From: an uncultured Saprospiraceae bacterium
GTDB taxonomy: Bacteria > Bacteroidota > Bacteroidia > Chitinophagales > Saprospiraceae
NCBI GenBank assembly: GCA_964537285.1
Contig: CAZHZT010000072.1
Span: forward strand, 1 to 28,881
Direction: 5' to 3'
DNA: 28,881 nt
Below are positions 10,201-19,074 of the stretch, piece by piece. The position numbers and the translations under genes are program-made. Each line of letters begins with the position of its first letter. The first letter of the stretch is position 1. Below the pieces are notes generated by a model. The model was not told the DNA's origin and made no database searches. It worked only from the letters and a program-made list of their open reading frames with translations.

Positions 10201-10667
10201 AGGGTTCTTTTATAATTGAGGAGTTGACGGACCTGGTGGAAGAAGCTGTCTTAAGTGAATTTGATCGCATCACTGAACGGGGTGGTGTGCTTGGTGCTAT
10301 GGAAACCATGTACCAGCGCAGCAAGATCCAGGAAGAAAGCCTGTATTATGAAACGCTTAAACACACGGGAGAATATCCCATTATTGGTGTAAATACGTTT
10401 TTAAGTAAAGAAGGCTCACCCACGGTTATTCCGCAGGAAGTAATCCGCTCCACTTCGGAAGAAAAAGAAGCTCAAATCAGTACCCGCGATAATTTGCACA
10501 ATGCATCGGCAGAAAAGGGAGCGCAGGCTCTTCGTCAATTGCAGGAGGCATCTATCAATAACCGCAATATCTTTGAAGAATTGATGGAGGCTACAAAATA
10601 CTGCTCTTTGGGGCAGATCACCAATGCCTTGTATGAAGTAGGCGGGCAATATAGGAGGAATATGTAA
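7281..10667 (+). CDS. icmF: Fused isobutyryl-CoA mutase (IcmF): a B12-binding domain, a MeaB-like G-protein chaperone and an acyl-CoA mutase catalytic domain in one 1128-aa polypeptide.
   Basis: N-terminal cobalamin-binding 'DGHDAAINI...GGGG' (DxHxxG-type). Central P-loop GTPase '[17 protein letters not shown]', MeaB/ArgK-like. A C-terminal ~550-aa mutase TIM-barrel region ('YHIAEAG', 'IGVNTF'). The length and domain order match IcmF. Confidence 0.85.
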   Translation: MTPAQPYQPKHKVRLVTAASLFDGHDAAINIMRRIMQRSGAEIIHLGHNRSVREIVDTAIQEDVQGIAITSYQGGHVEYLKYMYDLLREKGAGHIKIFGGGGGTILPSEIEELHTYGIDRIYSPDDGREMGLQGMINDVLQNCDFPTGVNLNGELKAFTSKNPKAIARMISAIENFPDENQEWLVNMQTEIRKNQKTIPVLGITGTGGAGKSSLVDELVRRFLIDFEDKTIAVVSVDPSKRKTGGALLGDRIRMNAISNDRVYMRSLATRQSNLALSKHVQGAVDILKAAQFDLIILETSGIGQSDTEIVDHSDVSLYVMTPEYGAATQLEKIDMLDFANIIAINKFDKRGALDALRDVKKQYKRNHGLWDTPNEDIPVFGTIASQFNDPGMNTLYRVIMDKLVEKTQADLPSNYLVSKEMSEKIYIIPPNRTRYLSEISENNRNYDKFVEKQEEIARKLFSLKNAIDALNEQEIDHKETVIQSLEKRYNDLELDINGDAKRILDGWEEKKAAYAGDEFIYKVRNKEIRVPTFTTSLSHSRIPRVILPKFKDWGEIIRWAMQENVPGEFPYTAGVFPFKRKGEDPTRMFAGEGGPERTNRRFHYLSYDMPANRLSTAFDSVTLYGEDPDHRPDIYGKIGNSGVSVCCLDDAKKLYSGFDLCDPKTSVSMTINGPAATICAFFMNAAIDQQCERYIIENGLQDKVEAKLKELYDDKNLPRPQYRGDIPQGNNKLGLLLLGISGDQVLDEPVYKELKAKALSAVRGTVQADILKEDQAQNTCIFSTEFSLKLMGDVQEYFIQNKVRNFYSVSISGYHIAEAGANPISQLAFTLANGFTFVEYYLSRGMNIDDFAPNLSFFFSNGVDPEYAVIGRVARRIWAKALKHKYGANERSQKLKYHIQTSGRSLHAQEISFNDIRTTLQALYAIYDNCNSLHTNAYDEAITTPTEESVRRAVAIQMIINHELGLAKNENPLQGSFIIEELTDLVEEAVLSEFDRITERGGVLGAMETMYQRSKIQEESLYYETLKHTGEYPIIGVNTFLSKEGSPTVIPQEVIRSTSEEKEAQISTRDNLHNASAEKGAQALRQLQEASINNRNIFEELMEATKYCSLGQITNALYEVGGQYRRNM

Positions 10668-10702
10668 AATGCTTTCCCTGTTCTATTGGGGTAAAAAAAG
10701 AC

Positions 10703-10811
10703 GTTCTTTGACAAATTGTGTGGAACTTTGAAATGATAACCCTTGAATGCCCTTGTGGTTGAAAGGGTTATCATTTTGAAGTTCCATTTTCCACAATTTA
10801 TGTCAAAGAAC
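10703..10811. repeat. Copy 1 of a ~110-bp imperfect palindromic element (gttctttgacaaattgtgtggaactttgaaatgataaccctt ... aagggttatcattttgaagttcc...caaagaac)
   Basis: It is self-complementary, with arms of about 45 nt. It is about 95% identical to the reverse complement of 24409..24518. Confidence 0.75.
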
Positions 10812-10812
10812 T

Positions 10813-10862
10813 AAAAACGAAAGGCCTGTGCTCGCGGATGCGAGCACAGGCCTTTCGTTTTT
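10813..10862. terminator. Strong bidirectional rho-independent terminator (aaaaacgaaaggcctgtgctcgc-ggat-gcgagcacaggcctttcgttttt) after icmF
   Basis: 18-bp GC-rich stem flanked by an A-run and a T-run. Confidence 0.85.
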
Positions 10863-11100
10863 CACCCCAATAAACCTTAACACTTTTTAACTTATGTCGA
10901 ATTTCCTTCTAGGTTTGCCGAGAAAAATAGTCTTACACATCCTTTTGCAATATATTTGAAGCAAATGATAAGTAGAAACAAAAGAAAGTTTTGCGCACTT
11001 TTCCTAATCATTTAATCTACTAACAAATCGACATTTTCCTTTTTTGGCAAAATGGGTGAAAGTGCACCTTTTCTGTCAATGAACTTAAATTTTTTGCGTC

Positions 11101-11775
11101 ATGCTCGAATTACTTAATGCAGCAGTGGCCCCTGAGAGTATTGTGTACACCATTTTGCTTGGGTTAGCCATCCTTTATTGGATTTTCGTTATCATCGGAG
11201 CTCTGGATTTTAGCACTTTTGACTTTGACCTGGATGCAGACCTTGATATGGATATCGATGTGGATGCTGAAATCGATGTGGATGTAGATGCTGACGGAGA
11301 TGTAGTGACTGGTGGAAGCTGGATGGCAGGATTCTTACACTTTTTCAATTTTGGGAAAATGCCCTTTATGGTCATTTTTACTATTTTGATAACCTCTTGC
11401 TGGGCCATTTCCATTATTGCCAATCATTATTTTGGTGGCGGATCAATACTGTTCGCGCTGGCCTTGTTTTTTCCAAACTTATTTGTGAGCCTACTATTAA
11501 CTAAAATTATATCAACACCTTTATTACCATTATTTAAGCACTTTGATAGTGCCGAAGAACCAATTGAATATGTCGGCTTGACCTGCGAATTGACTCTCCC
11601 TGCCTCGAATACAGAGGCGGGGCAAGCCGAGGTTGTTGTTGATGGAAAGTATCTTCTGATCAGTGTTTTAGCTCAGGAAGAAACCAACCATAATTTTTTT
11701 AAAGGCGATAAAGCCTTAATCTGTGGAAAACAAAATGAAAAACCTATTTATCTAATTAAACAGTTGGACAACTAA
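11101..11775 (+). CDS. YqiJ/NfeD-like inner-membrane protein (DUF1449-like) with an acidic DxD repeat and a C-terminal OB-fold (224 aa)
   Basis: Two transmembrane segments and an acidic tract 'DFDLDADLDMDIDVDAEIDVDVDADGD'. The C-terminal 'GQAEVVVDGKYLLISVLAQEE...FFKGDKALICGKQN' resembles the NfeD/YqiJ OB-fold ('FTKGDKVLII' in E. coli YqiJ, as recalled). It sits directly upstream of a flotillin gene, as in yqiJK. Confidence 0.75.
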   Translation: MLELLNAAVAPESIVYTILLGLAILYWIFVIIGALDFSTFDFDLDADLDMDIDVDAEIDVDVDADGDVVTGGSWMAGFLHFFNFGKMPFMVIFTILITSCWAISIIANHYFGGGSILFALALFFPNLFVSLLLTKIISTPLLPLFKHFDSAEEPIEYVGLTCELTLPASNTEAGQAEVVVDGKYLLISVLAQEETNHNFFKGDKALICGKQNEKPIYLIKQLDN

Positions 11776-11854
11776 AAAATGATTTAGATCGTCTGCTAGC
11801 CTTCAACATCTTTTGGTTGTTTTAATTCTAACAATCTAATAACAACTTAAACCT

Positions 11855-14026
11855 ATGGCAACTTATGTATTTATTATCATCGGCGGGGTCATCGTCCTGC
11901 TGAGTGTAGGGATCCTTGCGGCTATCGTTTCCTGGTATAAGAAGACCCCTCAGGGCCAGGCACTGGTTCGAACCGGTAGCGGCGGAACTAAAGTCGCTTT
12001 CGATCGAGGAATCTTTGTCATCCCCGTTCTTCATATGGTCGAAACAATGGAGCTTTCTGTAAAAACCGTCGAAATTGCCCGTATGAAAGAAGATGGGCTG
12101 ATTTGTAAGGACAATATGCGGGCAGACATCAAAGTCGTCTTCTTTGTTCGCGTAAATCAAAACGTCGATGACATTCAGAAAGTGGCTCAAACCATTGGAT
12201 GTATCAGGGCTTCTGACCCCACGACCCTGAACAACCTGTTTGAAGCCAAATTCTCAGAAGCCCTGAAAACCGTTGGTAAACGCTTCGAATTTGTAGAACT
12301 CTACGATAATCGAGAAAAGTTCAAACAAGCTATCATCAACATTATAGGCTCCGATCTGAATGGCTATGTGCTGGATGATTGCGCTATCGACTATTTGGAA
12401 CAGACTCCGATGGAGTTCTTAAAACAAGATAATATCCTTGACTCCGAAGGTATTAAAAAGATTGCTGAACTTACCGCTGTTCAAAAAATCAAGGCCAACC
12501 AAATTCGTCGCGAAGAAGAAAAAACCATTAAAGAACAGAACGTCGAAGCTAAAGAAGCTATCCTTGAATATGATCGACAATTGACGGAAAAAGAAGAACG
12601 TCAAAAAAGGGAAATCGCTAATATCCGCGCTCGCGAAGCGGCTGAAATTGCTAAGATAAATGAAGAAGAAAGGCTGCGTTCTGAGATGGTACGCATCCAA
12701 ACAGAAGAGGAGCTGGCTATAGCCGAAGAAAATAAAGCACGCCAGGTCATTGTTGCTGCCAAAAGTAAGGAACGTACAGAGGCCATCGAAAATGAACGTG
12801 TACAAAAGGATCGCTTATTGGAACAAACCGAACGTGAACGCATCGTTACACTAGCCGAAATCGAAAAGCAGCGGGCCATTGAAGAAGAGAAAAAGAACAT
12901 CCAGGATGTCATCAAAGAGCGAATCATCGTTGAGAAAAAAGTGGTTGAAGAAGAAGAAAAAATTAAAGACACCCGCGAATTGGCAACGGCTAATCGTTCC
13001 AAAGAAGTAGCGTTGATTAAGGCCGATGAAACCGGAGAAGCTACTATAATAAAGCGCCGCAAGGAGGCAGAAGCAGAAAAACTAGCCGCTGAGATCCAGG
13101 CAAAAACCATGTTGATCGAAGCAGAAGCTCAGAAAAATGCAGCCGAAAAAGAAGCGGAAGCTCGTAAAATTAACGCAGAAGCAAAAGCCGCTGAGGAAGC
13201 AACCATTGGCCTGTCTGAAGCTCAAGTCACTGAAGCTAAAGCCAGAGCCAAAGAGGAAGAAGGCAATGTTGAGGCAAAAATCATTGAACAAAAAGCAGTG
13301 GCAGAAGCAAATGGTATCTCAGCGAAAGCAGAAGCTCTCCGCAAACAAGGAAATATGGAAGCCGAAGTATTGTTCGAAAAAGGTCAGTCTGAAGCTAAAG
13401 TCATCGAATTACAATCCCTGGCAAAAGCCAAAGGTACTGCGGAGCAAGGCTCAGCAGAAGCTTCTTCTTTGGAAAGCAAGCTATTAGCTGAAGCTAAAGG
13501 CGTAGAACAGAAAGCCATGGCCATGCAAAAACTGGACGGCGTCGGCAAAGAGCACGAAGAGTTTAAGTTACGCCTGGAAAAAGAAAAAGAAATTGCACTG
13601 GCAAATATCAATATCCAGGCTAAAATCGCTGAAGCACAGGCTCAAGTTCTGGCTGAAGCATTTAAGAAAGCTAATATTGACTTGGTTGGTGGCGAAGCTT
13701 CTTTTGTTAACAACATCCTTAATGCCATTAATCGGGGTAAAACCATCGATGGATTAGTAAATAATAGCGAAGTGCTTTCAGAGTTAAAAAATGGTTTGTT
13801 ATCTAATAATGCTCAAGGCTTGGGTAGCCTGGTTACGCGGCTTCGAAACCTGATTCAGGAAATGGGCATTTCTACAGAAGATATTAAGAACCTGACATTG
13901 TCTTCGCTGCTGCTTAAGTTGCAATCTCAGGCCACCGATGGCAAGCGCTCAATTGTCGAAGATTTGATGAATACAGTGGCTGGTTTGGGCATTGGTGATC
14001 AGGAGGTGAAAGCGTTGCTTTCGTAA
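11855..14026 (+). CDS. Flotillin/SPFH-domain protein, YqiK-like, with an extended Ala/Glu/Lys-rich coiled-coil tail (723 aa)
   Basis: N-terminal TM helix. 'ALVRTGSGGTKVAFDRGIFVIPVLHMVETMELSVKTVEIARMKEDGLICKDNMRADIKVVFFVRVN' is the SPFH/flotillin core. It is followed by about 350 aa of EA-rich heptad repeats. Confidence 0.9.
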   Translation: MATYVFIIIGGVIVLLSVGILAAIVSWYKKTPQGQALVRTGSGGTKVAFDRGIFVIPVLHMVETMELSVKTVEIARMKEDGLICKDNMRADIKVVFFVRVNQNVDDIQKVAQTIGCIRASDPTTLNNLFEAKFSEALKTVGKRFEFVELYDNREKFKQAIINIIGSDLNGYVLDDCAIDYLEQTPMEFLKQDNILDSEGIKKIAELTAVQKIKANQIRREEEKTIKEQNVEAKEAILEYDRQLTEKEERQKREIANIRAREAAEIAKINEEERLRSEMVRIQTEEELAIAEENKARQVIVAAKSKERTEAIENERVQKDRLLEQTERERIVTLAEIEKQRAIEEEKKNIQDVIKERIIVEKKVVEEEEKIKDTRELATANRSKEVALIKADETGEATIIKRRKEAEAEKLAAEIQAKTMLIEAEAQKNAAEKEAEARKINAEAKAAEEATIGLSEAQVTEAKARAKEEEGNVEAKIIEQKAVAEANGISAKAEALRKQGNMEAEVLFEKGQSEAKVIELQSLAKAKGTAEQGSAEASSLESKLLAEAKGVEQKAMAMQKLDGVGKEHEEFKLRLEKEKEIALANINIQAKIAEAQAQVLAEAFKKANIDLVGGEASFVNNILNAINRGKTIDGLVNNSEVLSELKNGLLSNNAQGLGSLVTRLRNLIQEMGISTEDIKNLTLSSLLLKLQSQATDGKRSIVEDLMNTVAGLGIGDQEVKALLS

Positions 14027-14040
14027 TTTTCCATTGCTAG

Positions 14041-14108
14041 CGTTTGGTGAAGGCTGAAGCCTTCGTCGTTGCGGATACTGTGACGAAGGCTTTAGCCTTC
14101 GCCGAACG
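14041..14108. repeat. BIME-like pair of REP-type palindromic units in inverted orientation (cgtttggtGAAGGCTgaAGCCTTCgtc ... gacGAAGGCTttAGCCTTCgccgaacg). They lie in the flotillin-to-ATPase intergenic spacer.
   Basis: The unit family matches the palindrome carried by the 74-bp tandem repeats at 28627..28881. Confidence 0.7.
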
Positions 14109-14156
14109 TAATATAAAACGTCAAACTGCATCAACCACATTTTAAAGTTGCTTATA

Positions 14157-17100
14157 ATGACAAATAACCCTTCCAATGAACTAGAGAGAGGCAGTTATGA
14201 AATCATACGGAATCGACTCCATAAACAAAGTCAAGAACTTCAAAATCGCCTCGATAAACTCAATAACCTCAGAAAAAAAGTCTTTGGAAACGTTGAGTTC
14301 AAACTCGTTTCCAACGATCGCATCAATACCTCTAATTATTGTATTGCCAGAGATATTGCCGCTTTTGGCAATTACTGCCTCTTTGGATATAACGTGCAGA
14401 TTGGCTTGCGCTCAGAGACCACCCTGCGCGATGTCTTTAGCCTCTACCAATACAAAGATCAGCGTTTCCAGGAACAAGAGCTGACACTCCTAAACGATGA
14501 CAAGTTTAAAGCGGATTTTAAAAACCTTTATAGATATTATAGAAATGCCTTCTTTACAAAATTTGTAAAACAAGGACCTTTCCTTTATATGGTATTCCAG
14601 CTCTCTGACAAAGTCGGGGATTACAAATCATTTAAATGGCTACAAAAAGAAGAGCACTTGGAGTATGTCGATGGCCGAAGTGAACATGAGCTTAAACGTC
14701 CGGATCAATATGAATTCCAATGGACCCGGGCACATCGCGAAATGTATCGCAATGGAGAACATCCCCACATTTCCATCCTCGACAGGGTGTTTGTCGAAAC
14801 AGTAGGCGGAGATCTGACCATTAAAATTGAAGATAATACATCTGATGGACTGGGTATCTATCGCGAGGATGTGGAACATGCCGAGCAAACCCTTGATGAT
14901 GCGGAGTATTTCTTTGCCGACCTTGGCAACATGATCGCCCTGAAAATCAAGCCTTACCAGGAGGCATTTCGCTACTTTATTTTTAATGATAAAACACAAC
15001 AAGTCCAAAGAATTGATGCTCTGGGAGAATCTGGAATCTTATTACCGGATCGCCAGGGCTTGGTATTCCCGAATGGCTATTATTTGCAATCCGGAGATTA
15101 TAAGATCTTCAATCCCGATCTTAAAAAAAAGCATTTTGAGAAAAGAATCGTTTCCTCCAATGGCGAAGACTTTCTCTATGTCTTTTTTAATGATGAAAAA
15201 GGAACTTATGTTATTCTCCCCTACAACATTATTGAGCAAAAGGCAAACATTCCTATATACTGTAACGGGTTTACCTTATTTCCCAATGGAGAACTGGCCA
15301 TTTTCAGAAGTGAAAACGAACCTACTAAACATCATGTCATTCAGATTTGGCAAACCCCCTTTCTAAAAGGAGAACCTGCCCCTTCCCAGCATTCTGATGA
15401 ATTCATATTCAAAATTGGCAACAAGGAAGTGGTTAAGGCTATGGCTGAAATCAATGACGTACTTATCCTTTGCAGGAAAGAAGATTCATACGCCAATTTG
15501 TATGACGATATCCTTAAGGAGTCTACGGATATTCTGGATTCCTTCCACTGGTTGAATCAGGAAAGTACATTCAGAATTGATGAGCCAGTTACTGCCATCA
15601 AAGACATTGCCGCTACGGCTATTGAAGCCTTCGAGAAAAAAGTAGATGCAGAACGAGCAACAAAACAAGAAGTCGAAAAAGTTAACCAATCCTCTCAAAC
15701 GCTTTTTGATAAAATTAAGCGGGCTAACTTCGAATCTGTTGAAGAATACGTCAATACACTCACTCAACTGAGGCAGCTCAGGGGAGAAATCATCTCGCTT
15801 AAGGATCTACGCTATGTGGACGCTGAATTCGTTGACACCCTTGAAAAACAAACCAAAACATTTTTAGCTAAACTTTCTGAAGAGTGTGTCGGCTTTTTGC
15901 TGCAAGACGATGCGCTTTCCCCCTACGAATCCAAAATAAAAGAACACGATGTCCGGATAAAGGAAATCACGACGGTAAAAATTGCCAATGATCTCGAAGA
16001 GGACATTAATAGCACAGGGGCGGCCTTGGAACTACTTATCGATGTAGTAAGCAACCTTAAGATCGAAGATACCACCCAAACTACCCGCATTATTGATAAC
16101 ATTTCCGCACTTTATGTACAATTAAACCAATTAAAGGCTTCTGTTAAAAAAGAAGCCAAAGCCTTGGCAACCAAAGAAGCTTCCGCAGCTTTTGGTGCTC
16201 AATTAAAGTTAATAGATCAAGCTTTAGTCAATTATTTAGACCTGGCTGTCAGCCCTGAAAAATGCGACACCTACCTCACCAAATTGATGGTCCAGATCGA
16301 AGAACTGGAAGGAAAATTTATTGAACTGGATGACTTCATTGAAGAAATTGGTGAGAAAAGAACCCATATATTTTCCGCTTTTGATCAAAAAAAGGCTAGG
16401 CTCCTTGAGGAACGCAACAACCGCACAGCTGCCATTGAGCGTGCCATTGACCGAATGTCGGAAAGCATCCAGAACCGGGCGAATGCTTTATCCGATAAAA
16501 ACGAGATCAACGCCTTCTTCTCTTCTGACCTGATGGTGGACAAGGTTCGGGACCTGATCAGCCAACTCAGAGAGCTTCAGGATAGCAATAAAGCAGATGC
16601 TGCTCAAACCCAATTGAAGCGTTTAAAAGAAGAAGCTCTGCGGCAATTAAGAGATAAAACAGAACTCTATCTGGAAGGTGGAAGCCTCATTCGCTTTGGC
16701 AAACATACTTTCAGCGTCAATATCCAACCCCTCGAACTTACGATGGTAAATCGCGAAGATGCGCTTTTACTTCATCTTACCGGGACGAGTTTTTTCATGC
16801 CTCTGGAAGAACCTGAATTAATAGACACCCAATCTGTTTGGAAGCAAGCTTTGCCTTCAGAAAACGAAACGGTTTACCGAGGAGAGTTTCTGGCTTATTC
16901 CATTTTTAAAAATAAAAATGGCCTTGGAAATAATACAAACTGGGAGGCTTTTGTAAAAGAGGAGGCACAAAGCCGTTATCAGGAAGGATATGTGAAAGGC
17001 GTGCATGATCAGGATGCCGAAAACATCCTAAAAGCCTTGCTGGAATTAGATCGTTCAGTTGGGCTGCTAAGGTTTGCCCCCGATGTCCGTGCATTGGCAC

Positions 17101-19037
17101 GCTATTTCTGGGAGTTACAAATAGACGTTGAAAATCGTGCCTTGTTCCAAGAGCAATTGAAGAGTGCAGGCATGATCCGCCGGTTTTTCCCAACCACCCA
17201 TGAATTTGATTACCTGATCGAAGATATTGAAGGAGTGCTGCGAGCTGAAAGTCGAGATCAACTTATTCGGGCATTCAATAACACAAATGATAAGCTGAGC
17301 AAAGTTGCGCAATATTTATTTTACCAACTTTCAGATGGAGAATCCTTCGTTATCTCTCCGGAAGCTGCTGGTTTATACGATAATTTTAAAAAGTATTTGA
17401 ACATCCAGAAAGGCGATTCCATCTATCAGAATTCCATTGCTGAGCTGGAAAAACATCCGCTGGAACAATTTCAATTGATCAAAAAATGGATGATGGCTTT
17501 CTTGCATCAGCAAAGTTTAACGGATGCCATTCCTTTCCTGAATGAGACCAGCATTTTGCTGCTTTTAGAACCGGAAAACTATTCTAAAAAAGCTGTACTA
17601 AACGCCAAAACTACTTTAAAGCTTGAAAACTTACACGGCGATCACCCTGTTATTGTAAACAACGAATACAAACTTGACTTTCTGGACTTTACAGAAAAAA
17701 TGGAGCATTTTCACAATGAAAGGCTTCCTCTATTCAATCGATTTCAAGAAGCCAAAAGAGGTGTATTGCATAAATATCGGCAAAAACTACAGCTAGAGTC
17801 TTTCAAGCCCAGGGTGCTAAGCTCCTTCGTCCGTAATAAACTAATTGACAAAGTCTATCTCCCTATCATTGGAGATAATCTGGCGAAGCAAATTGGTGTT
17901 GCAGGAGAAAACACCCGAACAGATCGCATGGGTTTGCTCTTACTGATCTCCCCTCCAGGTTATGGCAAGACAAGCCTGATGGAATACGTTGCGAATCAGC
18001 TTGGTTTGATTTTCATGAAAATCAATGGCCCCGCAATTGGTCACAGAGTAACTTCTCTTGATCCTAAGGAAGCACCTAACCGGGCTGCTGCCCAAGAACT
18101 GAACAAGCTCAACCTGGCTTTGGAAATGGGCGATAACATCATGCTTTACCTCGATGATATCCAGCATTGTCACGCCGAGTTTTTGCAAAAATTCATCTCT
18201 TTATGCGATGCTCAACGTAAGATCGAAGGTGTATTCAAGGGGGAAAGCAAACAATACGACCTAAGAGGAAAGCGGGTTTGTGTAGTCATGGCCGGAAACC
18301 CATACACAGAGAGCGGTGAAAAGTTTAAAGTTCCCGACATGCTTGCAAACAGAGCGGATATTTATAATTTGGGAGATATTATCGGAGATACCGAGCACCT
18401 TTTCAAACTAAGTTACATTGAAAATGCGCTAACATCGAATAGTACTCTTCAGCAGTTGGTAAATAAGAGCAACGAGGACATGCACCAACTCATTGAAGTG
18501 GCTGCTACCGGGAATCAGGAGAGCCTGCAACTGGAAGCTGATTATGGAACTGGAGAAGTCGAGGATTATCTATCGGTGCTAAAAAAGCTTATCCTTATCC
18601 GGGACGCTCTGTTTAAGGTCAATAAAAACTATATTCAATCGGCAGCAATGGCTGACGATTATCGCTCTGAACCCGCATTTAAGCTTCAAGGATCATACAG
18701 AGACATGAACAAACTGGCCGAAAAAGTAGTACCCCTTATGAATGAAAAAGAGGTATCTGCTTTGTTATTAACGCATTATGAAAGCGAAGCTCAAACATTA
18801 ACTACAGGAGCAGAAGCTAATTTTTTAAAACTTAAAGAAATCCTAGACCTTATCCAGGCAGACGAGAAGAAACGCTGGGAAGAAATTAAGCATACTTTCC
18901 AGAAAAATAAACTGTTTAGAGGTGGCAATGGCGACAATCCAGTGGCCCAGGCAGTGGCGCAGTTGGGTATGCTTACCGATGAGCTGGAAGGGATAAAAAA
19001 GGCTTTGAATAGCAATAAAGAGGAGGCTGGCTCATAA
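14157..19037 (+). CDS. Giant uncharacterised protein (~1626 aa from the first ATG; the ORF-track start at 14148 is a TTG) with a C-terminal MoxR/AAA_5-like AAA+ ATPase module
   Basis: Walker A 'LLLISPPGYGKTSLMEY' (about nt 17958). Walker B 'IMLYLDDIQHCHAE', parallel to MoxR 'LLDEINRA..E' but with DD. Sensor-1 'VVMAGNPYT', parallel to the AAA_5 'ATQNP/TMNP' motif. An Arg-finger/helix-2-insert region 'DMLANRADIYNLGDI'. The N-terminal ~1250 aa have no motif I can recognise and contain coiled-coil stretches in the middle. Confidence 0.85.
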   Translation: MTNNPSNELERGSYEIIRNRLHKQSQELQNRLDKLNNLRKKVFGNVEFKLVSNDRINTSNYCIARDIAAFGNYCLFGYNVQIGLRSETTLRDVFSLYQYKDQRFQEQELTLLNDDKFKADFKNLYRYYRNAFFTKFVKQGPFLYMVFQLSDKVGDYKSFKWLQKEEHLEYVDGRSEHELKRPDQYEFQWTRAHREMYRNGEHPHISILDRVFVETVGGDLTIKIEDNTSDGLGIYREDVEHAEQTLDDAEYFFADLGNMIALKIKPYQEAFRYFIFNDKTQQVQRIDALGESGILLPDRQGLVFPNGYYLQSGDYKIFNPDLKKKHFEKRIVSSNGEDFLYVFFNDEKGTYVILPYNIIEQKANIPIYCNGFTLFPNGELAIFRSENEPTKHHVIQIWQTPFLKGEPAPSQHSDEFIFKIGNKEVVKAMAEINDVLILCRKEDSYANLYDDILKESTDILDSFHWLNQESTFRIDEPVTAIKDIAATAIEAFEKKVDAERATKQEVEKVNQSSQTLFDKIKRANFESVEEYVNTLTQLRQLRGEIISLKDLRYVDAEFVDTLEKQTKTFLAKLSEECVGFLLQDDALSPYESKIKEHDVRIKEITTVKIANDLEEDINSTGAALELLIDVVSNLKIEDTTQTTRIIDNISALYVQLNQLKASVKKEAKALATKEASAAFGAQLKLIDQALVNYLDLAVSPEKCDTYLTKLMVQIEELEGKFIELDDFIEEIGEKRTHIFSAFDQKKARLLEERNNRTAAIERAIDRMSESIQNRANALSDKNEINAFFSSDLMVDKVRDLISQLRELQDSNKADAAQTQLKRLKEEALRQLRDKTELYLEGGSLIRFGKHTFSVNIQPLELTMVNREDALLLHLTGTSFFMPLEEPELIDTQSVWKQALPSENETVYRGEFLAYSIFKNKNGLGNNTNWEAFVKEEAQSRYQEGYVKGVHDQDAENILKALLELDRSVGLLRFAPDVRALARYFWELQIDVENRALFQEQLKSAGMIRRFFPTTHEFDYLIEDIEGVLRAESRDQLIRAFNNTNDKLSKVAQYLFYQLSDGESFVISPEAAGLYDNFKKYLNIQKGDSIYQNSIAELEKHPLEQFQLIKKWMMAFLHQQSLTDAIPFLNETSILLLLEPENYSKKAVLNAKTTLKLENLHGDHPVIVNNEYKLDFLDFTEKMEHFHNERLPLFNRFQEAKRGVLHKYRQKLQLESFKPRVLSSFVRNKLIDKVYLPIIGDNLAKQIGVAGENTRTDRMGLLLLISPPGYGKTSLMEYVANQLGLIFMKINGPAIGHRVTSLDPKEAPNRAAAQELNKLNLALEMGDNIMLYLDDIQHCHAEFLQKFISLCDAQRKIEGVFKGESKQYDLRGKRVCVVMAGNPYTESGEKFKVPDMLANRADIYNLGDIIGDTEHLFKLSYIENALTSNSTLQQLVNKSNEDMHQLIEVAATGNQESLQLEADYGTGEVEDYLSVLKKLILIRDALFKVNKNYIQSAAMADDYRSEPAFKLQGSYRDMNKLAEKVVPLMNEKEVSALLLTHYESEAQTLTTGAEANFLKLKEILDLIQADEKKRWEEIKHTFQKNKLFRGGNGDNPVAQAVAQLGMLTDELEGIKKALNSNKEEAGS

Positions 19038-19074
19038 GTATGTTCGTCGCAGCTGGCCTCCTCTTAAATAATGG

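Noticed and set aside
12601-13487. Long antisense and alternate-frame ORFs (169 aa on the minus strand; a 116-aa Lys-rich ORF on the plus strand) inside the flotillin gene
   Set aside because: They are low-complexity translations (Ser/Ala-rich or Lys-rich) of the EA-repeat coiled-coil region. They are typical shadow ORFs with no start context.
19038-19074. Possible hairpin terminator (ggaggctggc...gctggcctcc) between the convergent giant-ATPase and CBS genes
   Set aside because: The stem is imperfect (about 9 of 11 positions pair) and short. It is plausible but too weak to call confidently.
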